DNA of 64,000 nucleotides from a virus: positions 61,103 through 125,102 of IMG/VR virus record IMGVR_UViG_3300025413_001393; one strand, given 5' to 3'. Every line of letters begins with the position of its first letter. The stretch's first letter is position 1. The notes beneath the pieces are model-generated. The model saw nothing but the letters and a program-made list of their open reading frames with translations. It searched no databases and had not been told where the DNA came from. The position numbers and the translations under genes were made by a program. This document shows, one piece after another, positions 38,064 to 48,145 of the stretch.

Positions 38064-38335
38064 TTTTTTGCTAAAGATTCTTTTAACAAATTATTAACAA
38101 CTTGATTGACTGGTATATCTTGTTCCAAAGATTGTAGAACAAATAATTCCAATACCTCTCGAGGAAACTCACTGATATCTCCTAGATCAACTGTTGTCCA
38201 AGGTTTGAGTTCTATGCTTCCATCTTCATGAGGAACAAAATCAAACTTTTGATTTAATTTAAAATTTAATTGAGCAGCTTCTTCGTCTGAAAAACTAATA
38301 AAATACTCTTCTCGTTTTTCAATTTTTTTAAACAT
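38060..38335 (-). CDS. AbrB/MazE-like small DNA-binding protein
   Basis: YFISF....L.FK.N..F.F...DGSIELKP swapped-hairpin pattern. Confidence 0.5.
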   Translation of the reverse strand: MFKKIEKREEYFISFSDEEAAQLNFKLNQKFDFVPHEDGSIELKPWTTVDLGDISEFPREVLELFVLQSLEQDIPVNQVVNNLLKESLAKN

Positions 38336-38336
38336 A

Positions 38337-38639
38337 TTATTTGATACTTTTTTTTGCTTCTTTGTAGGATGATTTGATATCTTTAATTGCTTCTTTTTCG
38401 TAAGGAACTAATTTTGTCTTTAATGCAGTCCAATGTAAAACATCTTGAGCTTTTAATGGAGGGAGTTTGTTTTTCTTATTTTGTTCGTAATGATAATTGT
38501 ATACAATAAGAGCAACAAACAAAATCAAAGCAAAAATAAAAGTCTTAAAAGCTTTTGCTATAAGTCTTTCAAACAAATAAACCGACAAACAACCCAAAAA
38601 AATTAAAATACCAATTTCAAGAGGATTGCTTTCGTTCAT
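38337..38639 (-). CDS. membrane protein (2 TM)
   Basis: start MNESNPL; two hydrophobic helices. Confidence 0.55.
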   Translation of the reverse strand: MNESNPLEIGILIFLGCLSVYLFERLIAKAFKTFIFALILFVALIVYNYHYEQNKKNKLPPLKAQDVLHWTALKTKLVPYEKEAIKDIKSSYKEAKKSIK

Positions 38640-38640
38640 G

Positions 38641-38874
38641 TTACTTTCCGCAAGTACAAAGTTTATCGTTACAATTAATATCTGTCGTTGTATCAGCTCC
38701 TCCTGAAAGGCCAATATCGTTGTTTGTAAAATTTGGATCTACGTCAGCTGAATACGTAGAAATATGTTCAAGCAGCAAATCTTTAGAAGATTTAGGTGTC
38801 TGTAGTTCAATAATGCGATCAAGTTTGTTTATAATTGTGTTCAAACTTTGTGTTAAGTGCAAGTTGTAATCCAT
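38641..38874 (-). CDS. hypothetical protein
   Basis: 77 aa, TTGACT promoter-like element upstream. Confidence 0.5.
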   Translation of the reverse strand: MDYNLHLTQSLNTIINKLDRIIELQTPKSSKDLLLEHISTYSADVDPNFTNNDIGLSGGADTTTDINCNDKLCTCGK

Positions 38875-38909
38875 ATATCATATATTCGTATATTCTTAGT
38901 GAGAGTCAA

Positions 38910-39167
38910 CTAGTATAATAATTTTATTGCTGTATAAGGTGCTACAGAAATTCCTGTAGTTGGTAAAATATTATTTAAAATTAATCGACCAGATAATTTT
39001 ATTTCGTACCGCTCTGAACGATATAAAGAAAGTTCAAAATTGTTTTCTAGTTTATCACATATTTCTTGCTTTTCGTCTGACAAGAAAAATAGATTATTTG
39101 TGTTATCGGCTTCGCTTGCCTTAAGAATACAAGCAAAAACACACAAAATTAAAAACGCTTTTATCAC
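38910..39167 (-). CDS. hypothetical exported protein
   Basis: signal-peptide-like N-terminus. Confidence 0.45.
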   Translation of the reverse strand: MIKAFLILCVFACILKASEADNTNNLFFLSDEKQEICDKLENNFELSLYRSERYEIKLSGRLILNNILPTTGISVAPYTAIKLLY

Positions 39168-39421
39168 TGACTTGTTAAGGCAACATATTCTTGTTTAGCG
39201 TTTCTAATAGCTTCGTGATCCATTGTAGGACCACTAATAGCTTTAATAAGCATCTCAGCAATTTTTAAACCTGCTGCAGATTTTTCGTTGGTTGTTTCTG
39301 GAGCGTATTTCAATTTGGTATATATATTTTTAGAAGAATCCCAAGTATGAAAATACGGACCAGACTCCAAATCTGTTGGAACTAATGTATCGTTATGTGT
39401 TTGTAAGTAATGTGGATTCAT
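39164..39421 (-). CDS. hypothetical protein
   Basis: 85-aa ORF. Confidence 0.45.
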   Translation of the reverse strand: MNPHYLQTHNDTLVPTDLESGPYFHTWDSSKNIYTKLKYAPETTNEKSAAGLKIAEMLIKAISGPTMDHEAIRNAKQEYVALTSQ

Positions 39422-39959
39422 GTATTTGATTATAGATTATATCTACAGCTCGTTCAACTGTCATTTTACCATAAGCTGTAGATCTTGGATGTATTCTTAT
39501 ATCAGGCCATTCTGGTACTTCATAAGGAGAGTCAATTCCAGACATATCCTTAATAAGGCCTGCTCTAAATTTTTTATATAAACCTTTAAGGTCTCTCTCT
39601 TCACATATCTCAAGAGGTGTATCCATATAGACTTCAATAAATCTAGCATTACAATACTTCGTTAAAATATCTCGTGCTAATGCTCTCATTTGTTTAAGAG
39701 GAGAAATACTTGCAACAATAACAACCTCAGCTCTTTGAAATTCAATCATATTTCTTACAGCATAGATCATTGTATTAACAGCTTTCCATCTACCTTCAAT
39801 ATCAAATCCAATAGGAGTTTTTGAATTGTATCTTAAAGTATCAGCATCAGCTACAGCAGACCTATAACCTTCAGCTTTAAGCTTTTCATTTAAAGCATTA
39901 GCGGTAGTAGTCTTACCAGCACCTGACAAACCTGTAATCCAAACAACAGTCTTATTCAT
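39393..39959 (-). CDS. cysC: adenylylsulfate (APS) kinase
   Basis: WITGLSGAGKTT, D.D.LR, ISP, EVY..TPLEICEERD.KGLYKK.RAG, GIDSPYE.P..PD. Confidence 0.92.
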   Translation of the reverse strand: MNKTVVWITGLSGAGKTTTANALNEKLKAEGYRSAVADADTLRYNSKTPIGFDIEGRWKAVNTMIYAVRNMIEFQRAEVVIVASISPLKQMRALARDILTKYCNARFIEVYMDTPLEICEERDLKGLYKKFRAGLIKDMSGIDSPYEVPEWPDIRIHPRSTAYGKMTVERAVDIIYNQIHESTLLTNT

Positions 39960-40186
39960 TAGTCAAGTGTTATGTTATGTTCTTCCATGAGTTTGTGAAG
40001 TTCTTCACGAAGAGCATAATAAGGAGTAAGTTGATCCCCTTTCATATCATCAGAAGGATATTTTGTTATGTTTCTAAGAAACTGATCCAAGTCCCAAAGA
40101 ACAGAGCGATACTTACTAGCATTAACAGCTTGTTCAAATTCATACTGATCTTCGTTAAGATTAAATTCTAGGATTGCTTTAGGCAT
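39959..40186 (-). CDS. hypothetical protein
   Basis: 75-aa ORF, overlaps cysC start. Confidence 0.6.
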   Translation of the reverse strand: MPKAILEFNLNEDQYEFEQAVNASKYRSVLWDLDQFLRNITKYPSDDMKGDQLTPYYALREELHKLMEEHNITLD

Positions 40187-40187
40187 A

Positions 40188-41426
40188 TTATTCTTTAGCT
40201 TTGTTGTTGTAAGGCCACCTTCCGTGCTTCAGGAAGTACTTGTAGTTTGGATCACTAGTATGTTTGATGATTATAAGCTCTTCTACTTTCTTTTCAAGCT
40301 TTACTACTCTTAAAGCTAAATCAGATGCTGTCTGTTCCCAAGACTTTTCTGTATTCTCTTCCCTTGCATGTTTACACATATTACATGGACAGATCCACTC
40401 TTTATCTTCCTGAAGCTCATTAGGAAGTGACACAGGCAGAGATTCTGCACATTCTGTAACTCTCTTCAGAAGCTCTTTAGCATTAAACTCCACTTCCTCT
40501 CCCTTCCAATCAATAGGCTCTTCAACCCAAGGCTTAAAAGTCTTCTTCTCTTCAATACCATATACCTCCCTCAACTTTGCTTGAACAGCATCATCTACAG
40601 CAACCTTTGTTGTACTCCACTTTTCAGGCTCATAACCACCCCAATGAATAGGGTACATAGGATGTTTTTGTTCATCCTTTTCAAAGACATAATCAACAAT
40701 ATCTTTCTTTAGCTTTTCGATTTCAGCTTTTTGATCTTCAATGATCTTGCAAAACTTTTTATTTTCTCTAGTAACATCTACAAGACCATTGTTAAGTTCT
40801 TTCAACCTAACTTCATATTCCTTCTCCAGTTCAAGTCTCTTCTCTAGTTCCTTATTAGCACTCTTTGCTTCTTGTTCATAGGCCTTCCGCATATTCTCAA
40901 ATGATGTTTTACATTCATCTACTTCAAAGTTCTTTCTATCAATAGCTAAAGACAAGCCATCAATTCTTTTCTTAAGCTCTTCATTCTCTTTATTAGCTGC
41001 ATTGAGCTGATGCTTAAATTCATCTCTTTCTTGAGAACACTTCTTATAATTGTTCTGAACAATCTGAAGCTTTGCTTCCATATACTTCAAACCACCCATT
41101 GTAACAAAACCATTATACTTTTCAAGAAGTTCAGTGTTTCTATTCTTCAACACAGCATAGTCATTCTTAAGAGTAAAGAGCTGATCCTGTAGATCTCTAT
41201 TTACATCACTATCAATCTCATTAACTCTTTCTATCAATTGAACATTCTCCTCCTTAAGCTGGTTGAGATTTTTAATTTCCTTCATAGCCTCATTGTATTT
41301 GCTAATAAGATTAGCAACTGATACATCCTTACCATCAGCATCTTTAATAGATGTTGTCCAAGACCAGGTTGGATATAGATTATTTATTTCTTTAGCAGAT
41401 TTAGGCTGAGACCAAATGTTGAACAT
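40188..41426 (-). CDS. long coiled-coil hypothetical protein
   Basis: 412 aa, heptad-rich; early promoter upstream. Confidence 0.65.
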   Translation of the reverse strand: MFNIWSQPKSAKEINNLYPTWSWTTSIKDADGKDVSVANLISKYNEAMKEIKNLNQLKEENVQLIERVNEIDSDVNRDLQDQLFTLKNDYAVLKNRNTELLEKYNGFVTMGGLKYMEAKLQIVQNNYKKCSQERDEFKHQLNAANKENEELKKRIDGLSLAIDRKNFEVDECKTSFENMRKAYEQEAKSANKELEKRLELEKEYEVRLKELNNGLVDVTRENKKFCKIIEDQKAEIEKLKKDIVDYVFEKDEQKHPMYPIHWGGYEPEKWSTTKVAVDDAVQAKLREVYGIEEKKTFKPWVEEPIDWKGEEVEFNAKELLKRVTECAESLPVSLPNELQEDKEWICPCNMCKHAREENTEKSWEQTASDLALRVVKLEKKVEELIIIKHTSDPNYKYFLKHGRWPYNNKAKE

Positions 41427-41433
41427 ATATAAA

Positions 41434-41461
41434 ATTATAAAGCAAAGGATAGGAAAGTCAA
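41434..41461 (-). promoter_or_regulatory. sigma70-type early promoter
   Basis: TTGACT-N16-TATAAT, ATG 7 nt downstream. Confidence 0.65.
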
Positions 41462-41474
41462 ATAAATAGTATAG

Positions 41475-42149
41475 ATGTCCAATAATATTCTTGTCATTTC
41501 AGATATTCATCTAGGAAGTCCTGTTTCAAAGGTTAAACCTCTTGCTAAGGTATTAAAAAATGAAAAATATGAACATCTTGTTGTATTGGGTGACCTATTC
41601 GATTCTAAGTATATAGAAAGATACAAAAAGAGACATTGGAATATTCTAAGTCTATTAAGAAAAATATCAAAGAAGAAGAAAGTTACTTTTATTCTTGGTA
41701 ATCATGATCTAAAGTCAAAGAACATTATTAAGATCCTAGGACTAGAGTTTGTTGAGAAGTTAGAACTTGAAGTAAATGGAAAGAAGATGTTGTTTATTCA
41801 TTTTCACCAGTTTGATCCTTTTATTTTTAAGCACCCTTGGATAACAGATATTGCTGAAAGGATTTATTATTTTTTCCAGAGCATAGACAGATCAAAGAAA
41901 TTTAGTAGATGGTTAAAGAGAACATCTAAAAGGTTCTTAAAGATCAAAACCAATATAAGAGACAAAGCTCTAAACTATATCAAAGACAAAAACTATGATG
42001 CCATTTTTGGAGGACATATTCATTTTGCTGAAAGCTTTGTATGTCCAGAATCAGGAAAAGAGTACCACAACTCAGGCTCTTTTTGTGATGAGCCTTGTCA
42101 CTATCTAATAATAGACAAGGAAGGTAAGGTTACTTTGAAAGAGATTTAA
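41475..42149 (+). CDS. metallophosphoesterase (LpxH/UDP-2,3-diacylglucosamine hydrolase-like)
   Basis: ISDIHLG, LGDLFD, GNHD, HFHQFD, GGHIH, NSGSF. Confidence 0.85.
   Translation: MSNNILVISDIHLGSPVSKVKPLAKVLKNEKYEHLVVLGDLFDSKYIERYKKRHWNILSLLRKISKKKKVTFILGNHDLKSKNIIKILGLEFVEKLELEVNGKKMLFIHFHQFDPFIFKHPWITDIAERIYYFFQSIDRSKKFSRWLKRTSKRFLKIKTNIRDKALNYIKDKNYDAIFGGHIHFAESFVCPESGKEYHNSGSFCDEPCHYLIIDKEGKVTLKEI
42066..42148 (+). repeat. 83-bp direct repeat, copy 1 (3' end of phosphoesterase)
   Basis: 77/83 identical to 42695-42777. Confidence 0.92.
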
Positions 42150-42151
42150 AG

Positions 42152-42682
42152 TTATTTATAACAAATAAAAATTGTTTCGTTTTTATTTCCTTTGGTTATA
42201 AAGGTTTTAAACCTACCTTCAGGAGCAAGTGTTTTTGTCAATCTTTCGTACAATTTAATTCGTGAAGGCTCTTTAGCTGCAAAGTATAATAATTTAACTT
42301 TATTTTTTTTTAAAAATGCTCTGATAAGATTAATCACTTTTCCAAAAACTTCAGCAGCTCCACCTACATTAGTAATACCTATTTTTTCAGACTTCTTTTT
42401 AATTCCTTTATCTTCAAAAGTTATTTCATAATTTTCAATAAAAACAGAGCCCATTAAATACTGGATCCCATCTGGTAATGCATCAATTTCCTCCTCATTT
42501 AAAATCTCCTCTAGAGGATAATGAGCAGCATACAACACATATGTTCTTCCATTAGATGCTTCGAATGTTGTCGAATGCTTTAAAGCAAAAATGTCATCAT
42601 TTGATTTCCATTTTGTTTCTGTTGAAGCTTGTGAATCGAAAAGCTCTAATAATAAAGATTCATAAAGACTATCAAATTTCAT
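42152..42682 (-). CDS. hypothetical protein between the 83-bp repeats
   Basis: TAAATA then MKFDSLYESLLLE; YFAAKEPSRIKLY motif shared with 33713-34285. Confidence 0.65.
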   Translation of the reverse strand: MKFDSLYESLLLELFDSQASTETKWKSNDDIFALKHSTTFEASNGRTYVLYAAHYPLEEILNEEEIDALPDGIQYLMGSVFIENYEITFEDKGIKKKSEKIGITNVGGAAEVFGKVINLIRAFLKKNKVKLLYFAAKEPSRIKLYERLTKTLAPEGRFKTFITKGNKNETIFICYK

Positions 42683-42694
42683 AAAATTATTTAT

Positions 42695-42777
42695 CACAAC
42701 TCAGGCTCTTTCTGTGACGAACCTTGTCACTATCTAATAATTGACAAGGAAGGTAGAGTTACTTTGAAAGAGATTTA
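42695..42777 (+). repeat. 83-bp direct repeat, copy 2
   Basis: orphan copy of phosphoesterase C-terminal coding sequence. Confidence 0.92.
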
Positions 42778-43071
42778 GTGTTTAATAGGATTTCTACGAA
42801 TTTCGTAAACCTCTTTATCAATCTCAGAAAAGAAATCCTGAACCTCTTTTAATGACATACCAGCATCCATAAGTTTTCTCTTATAATAATCTAAAGCATC
42901 TTCTTCGGATGTAAATTCAGGACTATTTCTATCAGCTCTTAAAAGACCTTTAGCATGTCTCTTATATTCGCTCTTAAGATCTTCTAGTTTCTTATTAGGA
43001 AACATTTTTGACTTTGCATTCTTAATAACATCAAAATAGGCTTCTTCTAATAATCTGGCATCTTTATTCAT
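42775..43071 (-). CDS. hypothetical protein (KDARL.EEAY family)
   Basis: TAAATA then MNKDARLLEEAY. Confidence 0.6.
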   Translation of the reverse strand: MNKDARLLEEAYFDVIKNAKSKMFPNKKLEDLKSEYKRHAKGLLRADRNSPEFTSEEDALDYYKRKLMDAGMSLKEVQDFFSEIDKEVYEIRRNPIKH

Positions 43072-43105
43072 ATTATTATTTATGCTATATTGCTTTTTTT
43101 TTGAC

Positions 43106-43303
43106 TCAAATCTCATAGAACCAGCTCTTCTTAAACTTCTCAAACTCTCTTAACCAGACATTAAACTTTCTAAGTCTTCTATCAGCTTTTCTACCTCTCT
43201 TCTTTACTTTCTTAACTCCCTTAAAGATCATTAAGAAGAATAATATCATTCCTAGAGCAAACAAACCCATTGTAATATGGCCAATGAGTTCAAAAGGTGT
43301 CAT
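43106..43303 (-). CDS. small membrane protein
   Basis: N-terminal TM, basic tail. Confidence 0.5.
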   Translation of the reverse strand: MTPFELIGHITMGLFALGMILFFLMIFKGVKKVKKRGRKADRRLRKFNVWLREFEKFKKSWFYEI

Positions 43304-43468
43304 ATTATTATTTAATCTTCTAGTTTATATCTTAATTCAGTTAATACTAAATCCAGATCATAGGCAATTTGTTTAAGATCATAATTCTCAGCTAATGTTA
43401 ATGATGCTATAACATCAGCCGAAAAGTCTGATAAATGTTCTAGAGCTTTTTGTACAGGCTGGTTCATA

Positions 43469-43831
43469 TTACTCTGGTGCTATATCAAGAACAGCTTTTC
43501 TAAGACTCTCAAGATCCTGCTTATTGTATCTATCATGCTGATCCCATTCAGGATCCCCATAATGCTCAATATACCAATCAAGTTCCTGAAGAATACCAAA
43601 TCTTAGAACATTATGAATAAGATGAACTTCAGCTTCATATAATGTCTTAAATTCTTCATCTCTTATATCATGTAAAATATAGCCATGATGCTCGACTTCA
43701 TATTCGCACAACCCATCGTAGTAATAATGAGTATTAATTCTGAAATGAAAATCCCTATCTTTGCAATGATGACAAGAGATAAGATTATGCCAAATCTTAA
43801 TCAATTCTATAATCTTCTCATGATTGGTCAT
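43469..43831 (-). CDS. hypothetical protein
   Basis: 120 aa; TTGACA-N16-TATATT at 43838-43865. Confidence 0.6.
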   Translation of the reverse strand: MTNHEKIIELIKIWHNLISCHHCKDRDFHFRINTHYYYDGLCEYEVEHHGYILHDIRDEEFKTLYEAEVHLIHNVLRFGILQELDWYIEHYGDPEWDQHDRYNKQDLESLRKAVLDIAPE

Positions 43832-43950
43832 TTCTAAAATATAGCTCGAATAACTAGGATGTCAAGAATAAATAATATTGGTACTAATAAAAAATACCTG
43901 TCACAGGGGTGCAACCCTCACAGGCTCTAGTCACCATATCCTTAAACACT

Positions 43951-44976
43951 ATGACCAGCACAAATACTTATACTCACTCCAATCACTATCTTACTCTTGT
44001 TTGTAATATAGCATTAAAAAACAAATATACAAGATGGTATTTTAATATTATTTCTAGAGCATTAGAAAGATCTAGAAACAGAACAGATGCCAAAGCCTTA
44101 TTAGGTTATGTCGAAGGCCATCATATCTTACCAACATCCTTTAAAAGAGGTGGTAATAAAGATCCTGAAAACATTGCATTCTTAACATCCAGAGAACATT
44201 TTATTATTCATGCCATTTTGGTTAAAATGTTTATTGATGTCTATAGAATGAAAATGATCAATGCTTTTCTTAGAATGAAGACAATAGGTAATAAAGATTT
44301 GCCAGACAGATACTATAATTCCCATTTGTTTAGTTATTATAGAAAATATTTTTCTGAGAGAGCAGCATATAATGCCAAAAGACAAAAAAGAACAAATAAT
44401 CTCAAGCACTGCTACAATCCTGTGACACTCGAAAGAACAAGAATATCATCTGTTGAATTGTTACCTAAAGGCTGGGTTATGGGCTGCCCTTTGAATACAA
44501 AAGGAATGATTAGTATCTGCAACTTTGAAACAAAGGAAACAAGAAGAATAAGACCTAATGAACAAATACCTGATGGATGGGTTAGAGGAAATTATAGAAA
44601 CAAAGGTAATAAAGCTGCTAAAGGAATGATAAGGATTCATAATCCAAAAACAAAAGAAGCAAAGAGAATTAAACCTGATATACCTATTCCTGTAGGATTT
44701 GTTATTAAAATACCAAAACAGAGAATACCTAAACCTAGGACCAAATCTTCTCCAGAAGTCATAAAAAGAAAATCAGATCTGCTTAAACAAGCTCACAAAA
44801 GAGGAGCTTTTTTGTCTCTACAAAAAAAGATAAAACAATACACTCTAGAGGGCGAATTTCTAAAAGAATGGAATTCTGCTCAAGAAGCTGTACTTTTTTA
44901 TAAATGTAAAGGAATACCTCATTGTGCTAAAGGTAGGACAAAATCTTCAGCTGGATTTTTGTGGAAATTTTCCTAA
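43951..44976 (+). mobile_element. HNH homing endonuclease with NUMOD1/IENR1-type C-terminus
   Basis: KYTRWY..II, EGHHILP, N.A.LT.REHFIIH; repeated GW..G units; IKQYTLEGEFLKEWNSA...AGFLWKF; opposite strand to neighbours. Confidence 0.85.
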
Positions 44977-45006
44977 TACCAAAATTTATTGAGCTCAATT
45001 ATCTTA

Positions 45007-45240
45007 TCATGATTTGTCATAATCTTCATAAGGGTATTCTGTTTCTAATACTGAGTTTACATCAATGTCCATATCAATCTTAATAGGCTCTCCTACTATA
45101 TGATTATTTTCATCAACTGCTCTAATAATAATGAATCTAGGATTAGTCATAGACTTTTGAACCATACCAGCACCAACAATGTGTATTACATCATTACCTA
45201 TACCACCATCTGAATCATACTCAACTCTTACTGCTTTCAT
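45007..45240 (-). CDS. hypothetical protein
   Basis: start MKAVRVEY. Confidence 0.5.
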   Translation of the reverse strand: MKAVRVEYDSDGGIGNDVIHIVGAGMVQKSMTNPRFIIIRAVDENNHIVGEPIKIDMDIDVNSVLETEYPYEDYDKS

Positions 45241-45241
45241 A

Positions 45242-45514
45242 TTAGTATCCCATATCAAGTTCTTGAGCCTGTTTTGTTAATTCATTTAATGACTCATCTC
45301 TTTCTTCTTTCCATATAAGGTTTAATATATGATCCTGAAAAGTTGTATAGTCATATGCATAGATCTCCCATTCATCAAAACCTGCATCCTGAACTGTCTT
45401 ACCTCTCATATAATTCTCCCACAAAGGGATTAACTCTTCAGGTAAAGCCTTTAAAATATCTTTTTCAAAGATACATCCATTTTCATTAGCTCTGAGATTA
45501 GGTGCTTGTTTCAT
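45242..45514 (-). CDS. hypothetical protein
   Basis: 90-aa ORF in tight operon. Confidence 0.55.
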   Translation of the reverse strand: MKQAPNLRANENGCIFEKDILKALPEELIPLWENYMRGKTVQDAGFDEWEIYAYDYTTFQDHILNLIWKEERDESLNELTKQAQELDMGY

Positions 45515-45831
45515 ATTAATCCCTCCTCTCTCAAAACTTTATTAATGATCTCAGGATCACTGTTTTCAGCTCTCCTTTTTCTTCGCTCTTCTCTAGTCTT
45601 ATCAGCTTTGGGTGTGTATAGAAGATTCCAGAACTTAGCATTAATGAGCTCTTGTTGTCTTTTATCAGACAACTCTCCATTCCCAGATCTGTGTGAATAA
45701 GACCAAGCATCAGCATTCTGCACAAGCTCTTGAATAGCTAGATTGTCCATACAACAAACAGCCATATTGATCTTGTGCAGAAATGCCTCATACTGGGCAA
45801 CTTTTTGTTTTAGTGTTGGTTTCTTACTCAT
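45511..45831 (-). CDS. hypothetical protein
   Basis: 106-aa ORF in tight operon. Confidence 0.55.
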   Translation of the reverse strand: MSKKPTLKQKVAQYEAFLHKINMAVCCMDNLAIQELVQNADAWSYSHRSGNGELSDKRQQELINAKFWNLLYTPKADKTREERRKRRAENSDPEIINKVLREEGLI

Positions 45832-46483
45832 GATGATCTGGTACTGTTTGCTTCTTAGATCTCATTATAGCTCTAATCTCACCAAAGGTCAAAGGAAAAG
45901 GATTAACCTCTACAGAAACCTCATAGTTCAATCCAGTGCTTAGGTACAGTTTTCCAAGCTCTGATTTTCCAAGATTACCATGTACATGGGCAAAAAGATG
46001 ATAGGATCCCTTAGCCTGTGCATTCCATGATAGAATTGGAAAATGAGAACATACAATAGCCTGCCCATTCACTACAACCTCAAGATAGTTTGGAACAAAA
46101 TGAATTTCCTTATGCTCTGATCCAAGAGGAAGAAATACATTACCTCCTACTGACTCTAGTAGTTGTTTGTATCCTGCCTGATGATTTCCTGGAAGAATAT
46201 AGAGCTCTTTAAAGTTAAGTCTATTGAAAAGAGCTATAAGCCTCTCATCAGCTTTATATCCAAAGATAGTATCACCTAGAAGGAAACCAATAGTGTTCTT
46301 ATTAGCTTTTGAGTTCCAGTTTTTAATCAGACCCTCATCATGCTCCTCAGAACTATTATACCCTCTGGTCTTCCAGATAGGTATATCCCATTTTGGATCA
46401 TGCCCATAGTGCATACAGCCCCAGAACAGAACATTATGATCTGTTGAGCTAACCTTTACAGGTTTATAAAATACATCCTTCAT
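45824..46483 (-). CDS. calcineurin-like metallophosphoesterase
   Basis: GCMHYGH (Cys replaces usual Asp), LGDT, PGNH, SHFP..SW, HVHG. Confidence 0.82.
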   Translation of the reverse strand: MKDVFYKPVKVSSTDHNVLFWGCMHYGHDPKWDIPIWKTRGYNSSEEHDEGLIKNWNSKANKNTIGFLLGDTIFGYKADERLIALFNRLNFKELYILPGNHQAGYKQLLESVGGNVFLPLGSEHKEIHFVPNYLEVVVNGQAIVCSHFPILSWNAQAKGSYHLFAHVHGNLGKSELGKLYLSTGLNYEVSVEVNPFPLTFGEIRAIMRSKKQTVPDHHE

Positions 46484-46523
46484 AATAAGAATATACTACA
46501 GTCAAATTCAGGACACTTCAAGC

Positions 46524-46793
46524 CTATTCTTCTTCTATCTTGTATTTGTTTGTGTTTTCAAACCTATTGGCAACAAAGATCTCAAATGCCTCTAGGATCT
46601 GTTCTTCAAATTCTGTTTGATCTTGTTCATCAACCATATCAACTACACAATCTAAGATTGCTGTCATGAAGCCTGCAATTTGTGTACTTCTCAATGTATC
46701 ATCATAATCTAATGTTCTTACAGCAGGGTTTCCTTTATACATCCCTATAATGAATACAGGGATAAAATCTTCGTCTTTTGCTTTATCGCTCAT
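46524..46793 (-). CDS. hypothetical acidic protein
   Basis: 89-aa ORF. Confidence 0.55.
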   Translation of the reverse strand: MSDKAKDEDFIPVFIIGMYKGNPAVRTLDYDDTLRSTQIAGFMTAILDCVVDMVDEQDQTEFEEQILEAFEIFVANRFENTNKYKIEEE

Positions 46794-47139
46794 GTCCTAA
46801 AAGCTTTTTGTATAGATTATTACAAGAGATCCTATGCTCACACTCCATAGGATCTCTTGCCTCAATGGCATTGAAATACTCTTCATCATTTTCTTCAAAT
46901 GCAACTTTTAAGATTTTTTGAACATCTGGATTAAGTTTTGAACTGATCAACTCAAGAATTGGTTGAACATCTCTATCTGACAAATGTAGAGTAATTTCAG
47001 ATCCATCATACTCTGATCCATAGCTAAACTCAAGCTTTAGTATAACAGGAGGTTCGTAACCATCTCCAAGAGGCTGACCTGAAAAGTCAGAATAATAATT
47101 TGCTTCTTCTCTTTGTTCTGGGACAATTACTTTTTTCAT
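46783..47139 (-). CDS. hypothetical protein
   Basis: 118-aa ORF. Confidence 0.55.
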   Translation of the reverse strand: MKKVIVPEQREEANYYSDFSGQPLGDGYEPPVILKLEFSYGSEYDGSEITLHLSDRDVQPILELISSKLNPDVQKILKVAFEENDEEYFNAIEARDPMECEHRISCNNLYKKLLGHER

Positions 47140-48008
47140 GATTTGTTTAAAGAGTTATATATACCATCATAAGCTCCAAGAGAAGCATACTGTTTCTTTT
47201 TTAATGCTTTTTGCTCCTCTTGGAACTTTCTTTCTGATTCTTGGTAAAAGTTCTCTACTCCTGTATCGATGATATTATATCTACCATCTTCAAGGATTTC
47301 AAGAACTTGTTGAAGTCCACAATCAATATCAATACAGAGTCCCTTATTTCGAGTCTCCTCTACATCAATACCCTTGCGCATTGGAGTATGACCATAGACT
47401 TGCTTAATACCAGATTGATCATTCCAGTATGAACCTGTATAGGGTTCTTGATAATGATCTCTCCAGAGAAGTCCACCTACTCGGTTTATTCCTCCTCGGC
47501 ACTTTCCAGCAGCACATAGCTCATTGCTATACTCTCTGCTTTCAATAGCATTAAGAATCTTTTTGAGCTTAATGTTAATAATCTCGTTATCCATTCCGTA
47601 AGGAGGACTTGCAAACCAGAAGGGATGGAATCCAGCGTGCGAAAACCAAAAGCCATTTTCGAAATGAGCTATCTTTATCTTGTCCCAATCTTCATTGGTC
47701 AGAATCCTATTAATAGCATCATCCTTAGCAGGAGAATATCCAGAGCAATGATAGATCTGCCCGCTTGCGCGAACGTTTTTATAATCATAATTGATATCAT
47801 GATTACCCATTAGATGAATTCGATTGGGCTTTGACAAAGACTCCTTCAGCCAACGAGCTGTTTGGTCAGCGTCAATAGCTGTATCGTGAAAGTTATCGAA
47901 GTAGTCGCCAACAAATACAATAGTATGAGTATCATCATACTTTGATGCAATAGCCTCAGCAGCTACCCATCTATTGTGAATATCACCTATGCAAAGAATC
48001 TTGCTCAT
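47136..48008 (-). CDS. calcineurin-like metallophosphoesterase
   Basis: IGDIHN, VGDYFD, GNHD, FSHAG, YGHTP. Confidence 0.88.
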   Translation of the reverse strand: MSKILCIGDIHNRWVAAEAIASKYDDTHTIVFVGDYFDNFHDTAIDADQTARWLKESLSKPNRIHLMGNHDINYDYKNVRASGQIYHCSGYSPAKDDAINRILTNEDWDKIKIAHFENGFWFSHAGFHPFWFASPPYGMDNEIINIKLKKILNAIESREYSNELCAAGKCRGGINRVGGLLWRDHYQEPYTGSYWNDQSGIKQVYGHTPMRKGIDVEETRNKGLCIDIDCGLQQVLEILEDGRYNIIDTGVENFYQESERKFQEEQKALKKKQYASLGAYDGIYNSLNKS

Positions 48009-48145
48009 GTTCTAATTGTATATACAGGCTTAGGACAGGTCAATGGAAAAAGTAAAGAATAGCTCTAATCAAACCATACCACATTAGTCCACCAAGAACC
48101 ATTGCACTAAGCCAAGCTGCTAAAGGTATAAAATCTCTGTTCATA

